Below are positions 27,961 to 45,656 of a stretch of 64,000 nt of DNA, in pieces. The notes beneath the pieces were generated by a model, which saw nothing but the letters and a program-made list of their open reading frames with translations, was not told where the DNA came from and did not search any database. The stretch covers positions 24,480 to 88,479 of the forward strand of contig ADNK01002488.1 in assembly GCA_000320545.1 (NCBI GenBank), in the 5' to 3' direction. How positions within the stretch are numbered: position 1 is the stretch's first letter; each line of letters begins with the position of its first letter. The DNA is from Bigelowiella natans CCMP2755 (taxonomy: Eukaryota > Protista > Cercozoa). A program made the translations under genes and the position numbers.

Positions 27961-28366
27961 CACAACAACGTGAAACCCCGCGACTAAGCTCACGGTGATC
28001 TAAAATGGAAGTTCCCGCCGCAGATCGTAGTGGCACAAAATTAGGCGGCGTGTTGATTTAAATCAGACTTCTTCTAGATTTGCCGGGTTTTCCGTTTCGG
28101 AACTATTGAAAGATGTAACGTCAACGAACCTAACATCGTTTAAGATTTAGAGTCAACGAATGAAACAATGCAAAGGTTGCATGGTATCAGTGTGAGTCTA
28201 CATTCTGCATTTCTTTATTCCATATATGACGACTAATGATTTTATGTTGTTGTTGTTGTTGTTGTTATTGTTTTATCGTCCTCACATCCTCGGAGGCACG
28301 CTTTACTGCCTTCAGCCGTGTATTCGTACTTAAATTTCTTGGTTTCGTGTGCCGTCCTAAAAGTTA

Positions 28367-31010
<2,644 letters not shown>

Positions 31011-32647
31011 GATTAGATGAACCTAGTAACATGATGGTCACGATGGCTACACATAGGGCCGCCGCGATGCTCCTGTTGCTGCTTCATTGAGGACAAATTC
31101 TAGCTACGTCAAAATCTTGCTTTCTGGTCATTCCTAGAGGTACTTATCAATTGGTATACATTTTAATTCCAGCTTTACTTCATACTTCTGTTATCTTTCA
31201 AAAACAGCTAGCTACACGATAGATAACTGGAGGATCTGACCGATGGAATATGCACGCGATACATAGCCAAAGAAGCTTCGTGTACGATCCCCAAGAAGAC
31301 AGCTGAGAGAAAGAAGGACATTATAACGATTAAGAACAATTTCGAGAGCTGTAGGATACCTGTACAAAGCACCCCGAAGGCAATGTCCCTGTGGAAATTA
31401 GATTAAGAGAGCCTCAGCCCACACACAACGAGCCTTCTACAATCATGAATCGGCAACAAAATAGTGGAGCACTGCGCATCTCATCGCCATCCTCACCATG
31501 CTATCACATCGAAGTCCCTCATCATCCGTGCTGCTCTCGGAAGTGGATCATCGTTGTGTTTAGCATCCATGTGTTCTAGCTTCCTCCTTCCTTCTCGGCA
31601 CGTCTATCCTTCTCAGACGCGAGGACAAAATGGCCTGGATTTCCCTGTGGTATACCCAGACGTAGGGGTAAAATGGGTAGCAATTTTGGCCTTTTCCACT
31701 GAGTATTTGTTGTCGGAAGTGGATCTATGTATCCGGTAATAAAATAATGTGTAGCATGAACGCCCGGAGTATTGTTTTGTGCGACAAGGAAATGTTCATG
31801 GCGCAGAACGTAAAAATTGTACGAAGTTTGCCTGCAGTCGAAGCTTTCTTCTGCCCCTTCCCCCTTCCGAGGTCTTGCAACGAATTGCAGTGGAACAAAA
31901 ACAGGTTGCGGATGGAGAACCAACCCGACATCGTATCGTCACATGCCGTTGCAGATCGATCCCCTTATAATTTTTTATTCTGCCCTCGGGATGATTTAAT
32001 GAATGGCGCAGTCTAGAGATTCGACAGAGAACATCTGCATTCAGCAATTCAAATCAAATCAATGGGATTGCTATGATCAGGATAGTGCCCCCTCTGGGTT
32101 ATCATCCTCAATTTTTAGAGTTAGTTCAATTATAATGTCTCTTTCATCTAGTGGATCTGAATTCCACTACATCTACGCAGAGCAGTTCCTATGAAGAAGG
32201 ATTCTAATAAGACTAGGGCGGCATTCCACATTATTCGGCCTTCAAAGAATTAGACGTTAACATGTCTGATGTCACTTATTAGTAGTGCACGTGTTTCACG
32301 TGTCTTTGGAAAGATGCACAACCACGCTAGCACGCGACGAGCGCAGCATGCAAGCTAGCAAGCGCAGAATGTCTAGCTGGAAGTCTAGTAGAAGTGTTGC
32401 CAGTTGCCAGGTTGCATCACATTTCGCTGAAGAGTGACATATTTGGAGATACGGCTAGTACGTGAATTACTATCACAATTTAGATATTTATTTGTATGTG
32501 CAGTCATAAGTTGCGCAATTGCGTTACATCACTGCTTAACATGTCTAGATATACTGGAAGCATGCCGATTTGCTCGTGCTATAATGATTTTTTCAGTAAA
32601 CTTCATAACTACGTTATGCAGCATAAAACGCGACGTCATCGCCCTGG

Positions 32648-33019
32648 CTATAGGTTTCGTATGCCGTAATTTACCAATTGCGTATAAAGCCTCCATGAGA
32701 AATGAGGAATCTCGAACAATATCTTTCTCGAGCTATTAGCACCAGAGGTCATCCCCAACCGTCGTTGTTTCTCCGCGTCAAGACAGACTCCCTCGCCGTT
32801 GATCAAAACATGACCAAGTGACATGGCTATATCGGGGAAAATTGATAACAAACAGTTTTCTAATGGTTCCACAGGTAGCTCTCGTGACGCCTGAGATATT
32901 ATATTTGTCCCGTGTGAAAAGAGGAATGGAGTCGAAACTGTAACCCTAGTAACATCTTCTATGTATTGCTAGAATGGTCTGTGCACACATACAAGACAAT
33001 ACACACGTTCACTTACACG

Positions 33020-33064
<45 letters not shown>

Positions 33065-33630
33065 TTCTGTATTGATTGCGTCCGTGGTGAGATAGACAAA
33101 TAAACATACTACTTACTACTACCCAGTATCGAAGAACAAGAGGCAGTATACGTGCCTGCTGGGTCCTTGTCATCTTGCGTACTTTAGTTTCTACCCATTT
33201 CAGCACCTAAATGCACACGATTGTTATTGGAGTTGATCAGAAAAATTGAGGAGTGAATCGCTTCAACAAGCCACTTTGATTTTTGTCATCAAAGGGCATC
33301 GTTCCATGCGAGGAAAGGACGAAAGGATGGGCGTTAGTCTTGTTGGTAAGAAATACCGTCGCATCGCTTGTACGTTGGCTGTGTAAACGGCACTCTATCG
33401 CCTACATAGATAAGAAAGTATTACACGCATTGTGACTAACCCACGACTAGAGTTTTCATCATATACAAATGCACAGAAAGGCTGTCCTTGTATGCACGCA
33501 TAGAGAGTTTATATACACGTGCAATATTGCGTACGCACCGACCTAAAAAACAAGGTGGTGCAGCGTATGTTGGCGTTGTAACGGTTGCATCATGGATGCG
33601 GTTTTTGCTAGCACAAGAACGGAACACACA

Positions 33631-33687
<57 letters not shown>

Positions 33688-34788
33688 AGAAACCTCAGGC
33701 CATCGTTGCTGTGCTTCATATATCACGCTGGCTGCCTCGTAATTCTCCCAATCCAAGGCCCTGCAAGGGCAGGTGAAGATACCATGAAAAAGGAGGAGGG
33801 AGGAAAGAAGATATCAGTCCGCAACCATAGCGAGCAGCCCAAACGGCAGCACGGCACGATTCTCCAAGATACCGTCGGTGATGGTAGAGCAGACAGCAAA
33901 CAGCAAACAGCGAACAGCAAAACGATTGTTCTTCGCTACCCTACCACCATACACTACTACTTAACACTGCTAATAATAATACGAAATAGGACGCTGCTAC
34001 TTTCGACTCATCGGCGCTTCTTATTCATACCATTTCCTACGGCTACTTACCTATACAAAACGGTCGCGTTGTCATATTCATCGATTCGCCTGCGGATGTG
34101 TGCCTCGAGAATCTCCTGATCAAAGGGCATTGCTTTCTCATCACCGTCGTCGCCATCATAAGACGATCTTTGCGTACCTGCCCTTGTTGGTACTGGAGGC
34201 GAGCATTCTGACCATCGTCGTCATCTTCATCAACGATGCCGTCAATATGATGATGATGATGATGATGATGATGATCTAGGAGAAGCTGTGAATCCAGGTT
34301 TCGCCTCTACCATATCGCAACAACAAACACAGCAACGAGCAACGAAACAGGGGGCTGCTCAGTATCTTTTACTTGAGAGTCACTCGAGTCAGTATCTTGC
34401 ATGTTTTGCGAAAAATCGCCTCTGATGAAGAATCTGGCAAAAAGGCAAACTAAACATGCCCGGCACCTGCCTCTCCTCCTCCTCCTCCTCCTCCTCCTCT
34501 CTTCATTCTTATTTCATTTGTGTAGTGTGCTCTACGGTTCTATTCGACGCACACCTCTCGCACTTGTTCTTCTTCTTCTTCTTCAGAGACCGCGTCCTTC
34601 CAACGAAGATGCCTTGGTTTGTGCATGTTATGCATATTTAGACCATAGGTGTGACTAGCTTAAGCCGGCACAGGAGGGAGAAAGGGAGAGGGGGGATTAG
34701 ATGTTTGATCTGACTGTAATCTGAGAAGAGTTACGAGGAACAACGTAGTGATTTCGCCTTCTAAGCCTGACCCCTGTTAGTTATCAGG

Positions 34789-34825
<37 letters not shown>

Positions 34826-35295
34826 GTATGATACGTGGCCACAAGTGATCTCTCTTCTTCTCTTTCACGGTGTTCATTTTGTCATGTCATATTCGCAATG
34901 GCTTTCAAAGCTTCGCCTCATTCCTTCGGTGGTCCTTTTCACCGTAGTGTGTGGTGGTGGATAGATGGTGCGGGATGATGAGATGTTGTGATAACTAGGA
35001 AACCGCTCCGAGCGCCACTTACTCGAAATCGCTTCTTATTCGCCGTGAAGCTTGGGTTTAAGAAATCGGCCTAATACCGGATTTATACCAATGATGATGA
35101 AAATGATGATGATGATGATGGTGGTGGTGACGGTGGTGATGATGATGATGATGATGATGATGATGACGCCATGTGATGATGAGCGAGCCCATATTCCTTC
35201 CGACTCTCTTCGATTCACAACTCATTATTAGCAGCAAACACACATCATCTAGACGTACCAATCTAGACAGCCAGGCTTGATCTAATGCCGCCACC

Positions 35296-35331
<36 letters not shown>

Positions 35332-36684
35332 ATTACTATTGTTGTGCACGGACATACAGTATCTACATATTGATAAATAATTATCATAATTACAGAAAGA
35401 TGAGGCAGGTAGAGACAGGCAGACAAACATATAAGCCCTCTCTCTCTCCCCCTCTCTCTCTCTCACACACACAGAGAGAGAGAGACAGAGAGAGAGAAAA
35501 CTAAAGGCGGCATGTTCCCCGTACCAAAGTCCACAGTACTCTCACGTAGTCTCCGAACGCACACAGAAGGGGGCGTGTTCTTGTCGTCCGGTGCAACAAG
35601 TCACCAGCAGCTGACGATGACTCCTTCTTCGCGTCATACTGACCATTGTACTTCCTCGCATTTCTACCCTTATTCTGCCTCCCCATTGCCCTTGAGGCGG
35701 AGGAAGACTTGCCAGCGGGTGACGAGGAGGAAGGGGGGGGGGCAGCGCCAGCCCGATTCGTTTTCCTTTTCCCGCCGTGGCCCCCCCCTCGCCGATCTTC
35801 GTCGATGCTGTTGCTCTTGCCGCTGGAGGCAACGCCTTGGTAGTTACACAAAGCATGTTGGTGTGCGGGTCAAGAGGCGTGCTTGTTTGATGCTGTCTAT
35901 CATAGTCAGCCGTGGTGATGTGTGATGCAGCCCACCTGACGGCGACGAGGAGAAAAGCAGGTCATTCTCCCGATCTTCCCATTCACTGAGCTGCATTTGG
36001 ATCATCTGGAACTTCTGATGAGCCGGAAGAGACCGGAAGATGGCTCCCCCCTGCAGGCAGGTAGGCAATCAAACAGACGATGATTTTAAGCTTTGATTTA
36101 AAATAACAATCAGAAGATTAAATAATCCGATAACGCGCGGATTCTACGACTGAATCATCGCAATCTCCACCACAATTCACGGAGTCCTTAACGAGTCACA
36201 TTCGTCGCACAGACTTAGTAAATGGTACGGCACTCACTACCTCTGTGGTGTGTAGCACCAACGACGTGTAGTCTTTACTGATCAAACTGCCAAAATCCGA
36301 GGGGCTGGTATGTCCCAACGGCGAGGGAAAAGAAGAAGAAGAAGAAGAAGAAGAAGAAGAAGAAGAAGAAGCCAACGTTGGAGAGCAACAAGAATGAGAT
36401 ATTGATTCGATCAAGATTTCCACGGCGAAATAACGGAGGCGTAACGACACATACAGAGCAACCCAACACACCAACACACATAATATTTTTGTTTTCTAAT
36501 AATCCACTACCTGAGATCCAAGACGGCCTTTTGTGCCATTCTTGCGATACATATGCTGCCAAACAACAGAAAAGGTAGGGGATTGATCACTCATTAAATC
36601 ATCATGGAGGGAGGGGAGCGGGGGTGCGCAGGATTTGTTAAAATATCTCTAAATTGAATTCATTCCGTCAGTTGCAAAGGAACG

Positions 36685-36731
<47 letters not shown>

Positions 36732-37010
36732 CGCTCGCTCGCTCCCCGCCCCCTCCCCTCCCATGGCACGCACCGTTTCTGTTCCCTGCAACGGGCAATT
36801 TCCAATGCCGCACCGAGGCCGAAATCCTTGTGATTGATTCACGATTATGACTAGTATGCTCCATCCGCAGCAGCAGCAGCAGCAGCAGCAGGACGCAAGG
36901 GATACAACAGCAAAACTAGCTAACACCATTGAGCAGACAGATGCTTGAATGTCTTTTATACAGTAGCAGTAGCGGCAGTAGCGGCAGCAAGAGCAGCAGT
37001 AGTATGTGTT

Positions 37011-37043
<33 letters not shown>

Positions 37044-37571
37044 CCGAAGGCAGCTGTGAGATGAGAGCTGCAACTGCTCGTTTGCATGAGTAGAGGTGGT
37101 TGGCATTCACAAATCGGTAGAGATCCTCCTCCACCTGCTTTGACGAATAGTAGCTTCCGCTGCTACTGCCCACCCCACCAGCAAAGCCTTCCAAGTATAA
37201 ATACTGATTCTGGAGCAAAATCTTCATGGGGGTGTCAGTGCCTCCCTCGCCCCCCCCCCCCTCTTCCTCCTCCTCAGCAGCAGTAGCTGTGGAAGTAATA
37301 ACGGCGGAACAGGGCGGATACAGAATGAATAATACTAGTTCTTTAGGAAAAAAAAGAAGGGGGGGGGGGGGGAAAAAAATTTGGTGGTCACCTAGCTGCT
37401 GGTAGAAATGATTGGTGGAATACAGGGAGAGACTTGGGAAAGGGGAGCTCGGCGTGAGTGTCATTTGGTGAACGTAGCATTGAATTACAAGGTCGGAAAG
37501 ACAATTCAGCTGCCTCTGCAGGTAGTAAGAACAGAGCATGGAGCAGTAAAAGTAGTAGAAGAAGAGGTTGC

Positions 37572-37607
<36 letters not shown>

Positions 37608-38579
37608 AAGAGTAGTAAGAGTAAGATTAGCAAAGGAGGAGCACAGCTGTCCGCTGTGAGGATTCTCGTCGATATTGTTTAAGCACAGTTGTTGTTTTTT
37701 TAACATGTTTTCTATTACTGCCTTTTCCTTTTGTATTTATTTATTTATTTATTTATTAAATATGTTATCTATTACTGCTGTCGCGGGAAGAGAAGGGGGC
37801 TCTGGTAGCTGTGGCGAGGAATACCGACCTCGGTGGGGAAGTGATGAGATTGTTGAATCTCCTAATAAGAAATATAGCAGCAAGCCGTAGAAGATCAACG
37901 TCGGTTTTGTTGCGTGTGGAGATATCGGAGAACTACCATAACTCCCGTAGTAGTATTGGTAGTAGTCTTGGAAAGTCAAGCTGTGCTTGCTCTTTCTGCT
38001 ACTGTGAGAAGGCATCGTCAGCAGCCTCGTCTTCCTCCTTAGCTGCTGCTCGTGATGATGGGAGATGGGGTCGTCGTCGAGCATAATGCCTCCCTCCGCC
38101 CCCCCCCTCCCCTTCGGCGGAAGGGAGGGGTGGTTGTAGGAGTTGCTGTTGCAATGGGAGGGGGGGGGCAAGGCGTGCGGCAGGAGGGACGACGACGAAG
38201 ACGCTGATGATAACGATGCGACATCGGAGGCCGAAGAGGAGGAAACAGCAGCGGGCATGGAGATACTGCTTGTGCTGCTGCTGCCGACGATGATGCTGCT
38301 GCCGGAGACCTGGGGAGCTGCCAATTGGAGAAGGCCTACACTGTCCCTGTGGTATTGGGTTTGTTTTTTTTTTGGTATCCCGACATTTTCCATCCGTTAC
38401 AACACCACCAACCAACCAACCAACCAACCACATGCGGCATCATCAATTAACAAATAGGAGGCTGCCTTTCTTCCTTTTGCGGTTATCGGAATGGCACTGC
38501 TCATCACGCTCCCGCCACGACTCGCACAAGTTGTCGTTGAAGATATCATGACAACGAAAAGACAAGAAATGGCAGGAAA

Positions 38580-38615
<36 letters not shown>

Positions 38616-38760
38616 TCTCCACCTTTGTAACAGATGCTGTCCCACTCTCTTAGGGAGCGGCGCTCTCGAAAGCTTGTAGACTTCCAGGGCAGCTTGCCGT
38701 GTCTCAAAGCGAGCAAACATCTTATCCGCTGCAAATATGTCAAAACATAGCATCATCATG

Positions 38761-38798
<38 letters not shown>

Positions 38799-38881
38799 TC
38801 TCTCTCTCTCCCTCGCTCTCTCTCGCTCTTTCTCATCACCCCCTTCATCGCCCCACATAAACATATTCTCCACGCTGCGCG

Positions 38882-38922
<41 letters not shown>

Positions 38923-39185
38923 CCCCTCGCTCCCACTCGGAGTTGACAATCACAGCATCAGCACCGCCGGTGTGACACGGGCAGCAACACACAACAATAA
39001 TAGCACAGCATACAAGTCGCTAGTGGCCCACCTTGCTGTTCGCACAACGACTGGACATCGATCCCGCAGCACATCCCTGACCACCAGAGCCTCTTTGCTT
39101 CCTGCCACCACTCTGCCCAGCCGCTGAACGATAGTAGGAGTAACGTTAGTCATAACAGTGCGAAAAGCTCACAAGGTTGCATAGG

Positions 39186-39216
<31 letters not shown>

Positions 39217-41885
39217 TTAGTTGTAGTAATGGTATTGATAGGTGCTGCTGTTAGTCTATTTGTTGTTGTTGTTGTTGTTGTTATAGGGATGGTAGCAGCA
39301 AACCTTGAGGGGCAAGGGGGGGGGGTTCTAAGGTGGTTCCGCAGGTTTTTGGACTCGTTCTCCTTCCAAGTAAGATGCTGCACCAAGCTGCCCCCTCTCC
39401 ACAAGAACACCTCTTGCAGAATGCTGTCGGTGCTGCTGCTGCTATTGTTACTGTTGTAGTCGTTTTGTCGTTTGCGAGTACTGCCGCTGGCATTGCCAGT
39501 GTTGAATTGATGACCCCCCCTCAGGTTTATCCTCCTAGCACCACTTGCTTCGCCCCCTCCCTTGTGACCTCCAACCACCCCTCTCCTCTTCCTCGCTGCC
39601 GACGGCGGTTCTCTTCCTCCTCCCCCCCCCCCACCCCCTGTATTTATGTCACCTGCTCGTGGCGGCGTGTATGAGAAGTAGGCCGCGACAGGTGGGGGAT
39701 TTGTCGCGAATATTACTTCGGAGAACATCCTCTTGCTATCATTTGATGATGCTGAAGTTGAGGGTGATGGCGGTGACCCCGCCGTGCTGCGCGCCGTCCT
39801 CTTTCTCTTGCTGCCTTCTGATCGGGTTGCATCGAGACATAGCTCTTGAACGAGGGCTGTGCGCCAGCTGTAACCTCCCTTCGAGTCGAAGAACCCCCCG
39901 CCTCCTTTCTTCTTCTTCTTCTTCTTCTTCTTCTTTCTCGTCGCGGAGGCGGAGGACGCCGAGCCGCTCGTTTTGCGGAGGTGCTGCTGCTGATACACAA
40001 AGCTGCTGCCGCTGCTGCTGCCTCCGCCGCTGCTTCTAGCATGATGATGATGATGATGATGATGATGATTCATCTTCTCGGAGGCCAGCGGAGGCACCTT
40101 TGCCAGAGAGGCGGATAGTATATACACGCGTGGCCGTTCGGTAGGCTGCGAAGACGAAGATGGCCCTGACGATGATTGGTACGGCCTGAAGGAGGAGCGA
40201 GCCCTCCTCTTCGCGGCAACGGTTGGGCTGCTAGTCGAGGCGACTGCAGCAGTATCGCTGTAGCATACGATGAGCTTTCCGACGATCTGGGCGTGAGAAC
40301 CTTAACAGCCATCAAAAAGGGGTGTTATCATTACGGAGAGAATATGATCGAACAAACACAAGCGTGGCGATGAGCCACACCACTGACGGCAGGCAAAAGG
40401 GCAAAAAAAATCCGTTTTTCGCGCGGTGCTTGTGGTGGTGGTGGTGGTGATGGTGATGCGCTTTAACGCACAGTTGGGAACGACGTAGTAGCCACGAAAT
40501 GGCGTCGGCAGTGTAGCTGCGGCCTGTGCAACTTGGTCATTCAGCACATCTTCGATGGAATACAAGCGCAGTATCCCGCCGGCAATGTCGTGGCCAGCTG
40601 TGCGACAACCAGCAGCCGATCCAATCCATCGTTTCATTGAACGATCATCGGGATGATGATGATGATGATGATGATGACGACGACGATGATGAGAAATACA
40701 ACACATCGAGAAGAAGAGACATAGTAGCAGCAGCAGCAGCAGCAAGGAGAAGAAGAGAAAGAGAGAATAAAAAAAAAGGCAAAATTCCGTCAGGCATACT
40801 ACAAGAAAGAATCACAAAAAAATTAACGATCGAAGATCGATAGTCAGCTTTGTCGTCAGTGTCGCACTTACCTAGACATGCTCGATGTTGGATCCCAACA
40901 CGACGAGTACGGCTATAACCATAGGTTGCAGTCTGGCCTCTACTACTCTCGCACCTATGGAAAAGGTAAGTGTAAAAAGAAGAAGAAGACGAAGATGAAG
41001 GAGGAAGAGGGAGCAGTGATATGTGATCTATGCGGCAAAGGAGTAGTAAACTCGTATGGCTCTCGCGTTTAGGAAAAGAGATTGAACATATAAAGCAAAT
41101 TTTTTTGTTAAGCAGATACAGGCTGGTGGGGAGTGGGGAAAGCAAATACCACTGAATGGAGAACCGAACGGAAGTTTTGAACGACGAAGATGGTGTGGTT
41201 GAAAGAGCGTTCAGGGATATCTGTTGGTGGTGGATAAAACGGACAAAGCAGCGGTGGGAATGGTGAATATACATCGATTCTCGCCATCTTATCTGCTCAC
41301 ATATCGTCATTGGCCGATTGCCATCATATTATCTGGCAATAATTTAAGCATTTTTAAAAAACCAAAAACAAAACAATGTTGGTTCGCATCCCCCCCCTCT
41401 TCCGCCATTGCATCCGCGAACGTACAGGTCTGAAACGGTGAGCTCGAGAGTTTTGTGCGATCCATTCAGTATGTCTCGTAACCGTTGACCTCCTCCCCAT
41501 CTTTTCCGTGTCCATCATGCCGACTTTGTCCTGCTGATTGATGGAGGAAGAGGGGAAGTATCCTGCAGAAATCCCGCCCCCCCGCCCCACTGCGCCTAAG
41601 GCACCGTGGTCGCCAAATGCTGCTGCGAGTCCCATGGACGAAGACATGCTCGTGTGAGTTCCAACCCGTCCTTCCTCGACTTGTTCGAGAGGTAACAGGT
41701 GATATCCCCCATCCAATGACAAGATCAACGCAACACTTCCTGCAGGGAGTAAAGGGGCAATCCACATGGCTGCTATTGTAACCGATCTGCTGGTCCGCCT
41801 CACGGTATTCTGAACGTCGTAGGAAAAGGGCAGTTTCTCAGTGTGGACGTCATGATAACGATGATGATCGAAAGATAAATAGCCC

Positions 41886-41917
<32 letters not shown>

Positions 41918-42573
41918 TATCTCGATACCATCGTCCTGGTGGCAAGATTTAGAAACGTCAGAGTCCCGTCGTTTCGTCCAATCAACAGATAATCTTGACC
42001 GCTCGCGCTCGTCCACCACTTGCAGACGGAGATGGGAGAGCTGGTGTTCTCCACCTGAAAGCTTTCTTGCCCGGGTTCATCGGCAAATATGTTCCTGCGC
42101 CATTCACGGGAGCCAAGTCCTGCAGCCGTGTTCAAACCACTGCTGCCAAGTGCAGATGATGACCCACCTGCTCTTTCCCCGCCTCCGCCATATTGATACA
42201 GCGGGTGGGTGTCAGTAGCGAAAGCGTCGGAATAGTAGTACGGAAACGTAGAAGAGGAGGATATGCCACCGTCTTCGTTACTCTCAGTTGATCTCTCAGA
42301 TACTGCAGCAGATACCATAGAAGTCAAAGAAACACGATGCAACCTCCGCCGCCTCCTGGCTCCTCGGAAAGGGCGGCTTTGCCGTAGCGTCCCTCCTTGC
42401 TTTGAACTAGACGGAGAGTCCGTGAGGGGCCCCTTTTCGCAATCGCTTGAATTCTGGCGATCATCTCCGAAAATATGTGCGGTAGATCGAAGGTGGATGG
42501 TGCCGTCCAGCATGGCACACACTAGGAACTACGAAGAGGGGGGGGGGAAATCATGGTGACGATAAAATGGCGA

Positions 42574-42608
<35 letters not shown>

Positions 42609-43036
42609 AATGAGAACCTTTGCTCTAGGACTGAAATCCATCGCAACTAGCTTTTGGAGGCGGTTTCGGGACAGCTTGATCGTCCGATACAGCGGGGCAC
42701 ATCCCTTCCGCGATTTCCTTCAAAACACATAATCGCAACGCTTAAAAAGGAAGACATGGCGGCTGAGAAAAAGGATATCAACCGAATGATAACGTGATCT
42801 GTTGAGCATGCTGTTGCTATGTAAGTCCCTGAAGGACCGTGTCCCACTTGAACAAGTTCCAGCTTGGCGCGTTCTGGCCGCTGGCGTGGGTTATGCGAAG
42901 AAGGTTCATGTGATGGTGTTTTTGTTCGGATCGATATGGCGTTCTGGATTCGGTATAAATCAGCTTTCAGTGCTGGGTGGACTATATTGTGACTGTATGA
43001 GTCTGCTGATGAAGACTTGTAGGATGTCGTAGCCAT
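32648..43036 (-). CDS. Large intron-rich hypothetical protein with N-terminal beta-propeller-like strands and long low-complexity inserts
   Basis: GPSGTYIATAC, LVAMDFSPRAK|FLVCAMLDGTIHL, ISVCKWWTSASGQDYLLIGRNDGTLTFLNL. Long minus-strand ORFs at 41800-42522, 39150-40127, 37749-38393, 36916-37539. Full exon chain not resolved; could be more than one gene. Confidence 0.5.
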
Positions 43037-43587
43037 TGTGAACGGGGGGGGGGCGTGGCCCTGACGGCTCCTCCCAAAGGAAGGCGATTTCTCGAGAGTG
43101 TTCTCCAATAAAAACTAAATATATGTATCGATATATTCCGTATAAAAATTAGATATTGTACTATATTCGATACAACAACCAATACAATACTCCTCGCAAC
43201 CCCCGACATAGCCAGCCCGATGAGACAACCGAGAATAACGGCCCACATGTGATCCATTATATCTCGGCGTAGTTTGTGTCGCTTGGTTACAACTCAACCT
43301 AGAAAAATAATTACCCCTAATTAAACTAAATGATATGTCTTCGCGCTGAGTGCAATGTGCGCTGTCCACCATATATTCTCACCGGTCGCCATCACAAATC
43401 TCGCACTTCCGAGAGTAATTTTACCGTGAATTTCAGTCTACATTTCAGAGGACATTTCAGCGAAATCGTATTTCACTCATAAACCGTTACTGCAGCTGCC
43501 AGCCAAGAGAAACCCCAGCAACGGACACGCTCCCCTCCCCCCCCCCATTCTCATACGAAGAGGGTCCATCCCTTCACCTGACGAATC

Positions 43588-44790
43588 ATGAGCACAATCA
43601 AAGCGGTGATGCTCTGTTCGCGTCCTGCAGACAAAACCGTCCAACCACAGACGAACGTTATTTCAACCAAACCCTTCATAACAGCGGTTAAGAATAGGTC
43701 ATCGGTGTCTGTGAGAACTGATGTCTCAAAATGCAAGGCAGCCGTCATGCGTAATGCTAAATTGAAACAAGAAACCAAAGCTCCATCAGCGACTGATAAA
43801 CACAAGGAATGGCTGAAAAACTTTGCAAAGGTAAAGAAGACAGCTATTGATGAGGCCGAGAAGTTTAAAAAAATGAAGGAAGAGGAAAAATCAAAATTTA
43901 TGGAACGGACTTCATTGCTTAGAACTTTACTTCGACAAAACCAGTGGAAGAATAATCACCACTACGTTCCAAAGCTTCCCAGCGAAGACAAGAAAGAAAT
44001 AGAGAAACTCCTTACTGCTCCAAAAAAGAGGCTTGAGAAAGTTTTGAAGGCAGACAAAACAAAGAATGAGCCTGAACCTGATAAGTCAGAGTCCAAAAGC
44101 GCTACAGCTGTCCCAGAAATCCCAAAATTGAAAAACAGACCCAAATGGTCCCTGACTAAGTCGCAAATTGAAGAAGGTGAACAGGTTGAGGAAGACGAAC
44201 TCCTTAATTTTGCTATGAACCTGGACTTCGAGAAGTTTATGGACGATATGGAGGTGAGGGATGCAATTACATTCGTGCAGGGTCGTGTAAAAGAATTGGA
44301 GATGGAGACAAGTGAAATAGAGTCTGAAGAGAAAAAGCGCGAGGATGCTGTGAAGGAAGCTGTTAGAGCAGAACGCGTAGCTGAAATCGCTGTTGAACGC
44401 GCTGAGTCAGAGGCAAAAACTGCTTCCACTACGGAGGGTACATCTTCTATCAGTAAGCAAACAACATCAAACGGTGACGATATTCAAAGTGACTCAGCAG
44501 ATAATCACTCCAAAACTGCTTTATCACAAAAGAAAATCAAACAAATTCACTCGAAAAACTCGATTGCATCAGTTATTAACCGGCAAAGAGAGAAGCGAAA
44601 AAGTACATCAGGCATGGTTTTAGAACAACGTTACTCACAAGAAGGTCATACTGAGCCCAAAAGGGAAATCGATACAATCGATTTCAAATCTTCGGTAAAA
44701 TCTAGAAAACCCCCCCAGACAAAGCCCTCAAAGAGCGACACGTCGAAAGTGCAAAATTTGCCTTACATGTACTGCCATCCTTCGATTTAA
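43588..44790 (+). CDS. Uncharacterised coiled-coil protein, 400 aa, intronless
   Basis: Clean K/E-rich ORF with motifs RPKWSLT, DELLNFAMNLDFEKFMDDMEVR and C-terminal NLPYMYCHPSI. Confidence 0.85.
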   Translation: MSTIKAVMLCSRPADKTVQPQTNVISTKPFITAVKNRSSVSVRTDVSKCKAAVMRNAKLKQETKAPSATDKHKEWLKNFAKVKKTAIDEAEKFKKMKEEEKSKFMERTSLLRTLLRQNQWKNNHHYVPKLPSEDKKEIEKLLTAPKKRLEKVLKADKTKNEPEPDKSESKSATAVPEIPKLKNRPKWSLTKSQIEEGEQVEEDELLNFAMNLDFEKFMDDMEVRDAITFVQGRVKELEMETSEIESEEKKREDAVKEAVRAERVAEIAVERAESEAKTASTTEGTSSISKQTTSNGDDIQSDSADNHSKTALSQKKIKQIHSKNSIASVINRQREKRKSTSGMVLEQRYSQEGHTEPKREIDTIDFKSSVKSRKPPQTKPSKSDTSKVQNLPYMYCHPSI

Positions 44791-45031
44791 AGTTCAACAA
44801 TAGTTTCATCATGCACACAGGTCAAGCTAAGCAGAGCATTGTGCAATGTGATCATGAGTGCGCGGGATGCAATACTACTACTCTTCGATTCTTCCATGCT
44901 TGATTCTGGTTTGCCATGCTAGCATGCATGCACACACCTATCGTACTGCGGCGGCGCATGTATGTGACATGCATAGAGCGCGATCGCTTGTGCATGGTCT
45001 AGTAGTTATGTGCAGTCATTCACACACGTAC

Positions 45032-45081
<50 letters not shown>

Positions 45082-45212
45082 CCATGTGTACATGTGCACA
45101 TCATGCTGCACGACGAATGAACAAAACGCTTCTCAAACACAGAAAAAAGAGCTCGCGCACGCACAGCACGACATGACACACATACAGACCAAATTGCAGC
45201 AATGACGCTTTC

Positions 45213-45343
45213 TCATGCATGCAACATGTGACAAAGGAAACAAACAGACACAATTTGAGCGCTGTAGGCGCTGCATTGCACAGCTACATCATTAGGATGA
45301 CAATTGAAAATTTTTTAACATTTCATTACATCCGTCTTATATT
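45213..45343 (-). repeat. Dispersed ~130-bp element, copy B
   Basis: Reverse complement matches 12536-12663. Confidence 0.85.
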
Positions 45344-45455
45344 AATACATTGATGGGGAAAACTAGAAAACGATATCATGTCAACAGCTGTCCTTTTTTT
45401 CAATTTAAATGATGATGATCAAACGTACATGCGCCTCTATCTTTATCTTCAATTT

Positions 45456-45656
45456 TCAATTCCATTCAAAACTGACACAAATTTTTGCACTCCCTCTCTC
45501 TAAGGCCTTTGTCTTTTTGTATGCCTACATACCGTTTTGATACTTGGCACCATTTGCAGAGGATGCACAATTTGGATTGGTACAGTGTGGATGCATGCAG
45601 CCTTTTGTAATTATTGAATGTAAGCATCTAACAATTTCTTCTTTTTCTTGCTGTTC
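45456..45656 (-). pseudogene. AZUL-like zinc-binding domain relic, in frame after the stop codon
   Basis: *EQQEKEEIVRCLHSIITKGCMHPHCTNPNCASSANGAKYQNGM*AYKKTKALERGSAKICVSFEWN*. Confidence 0.6.
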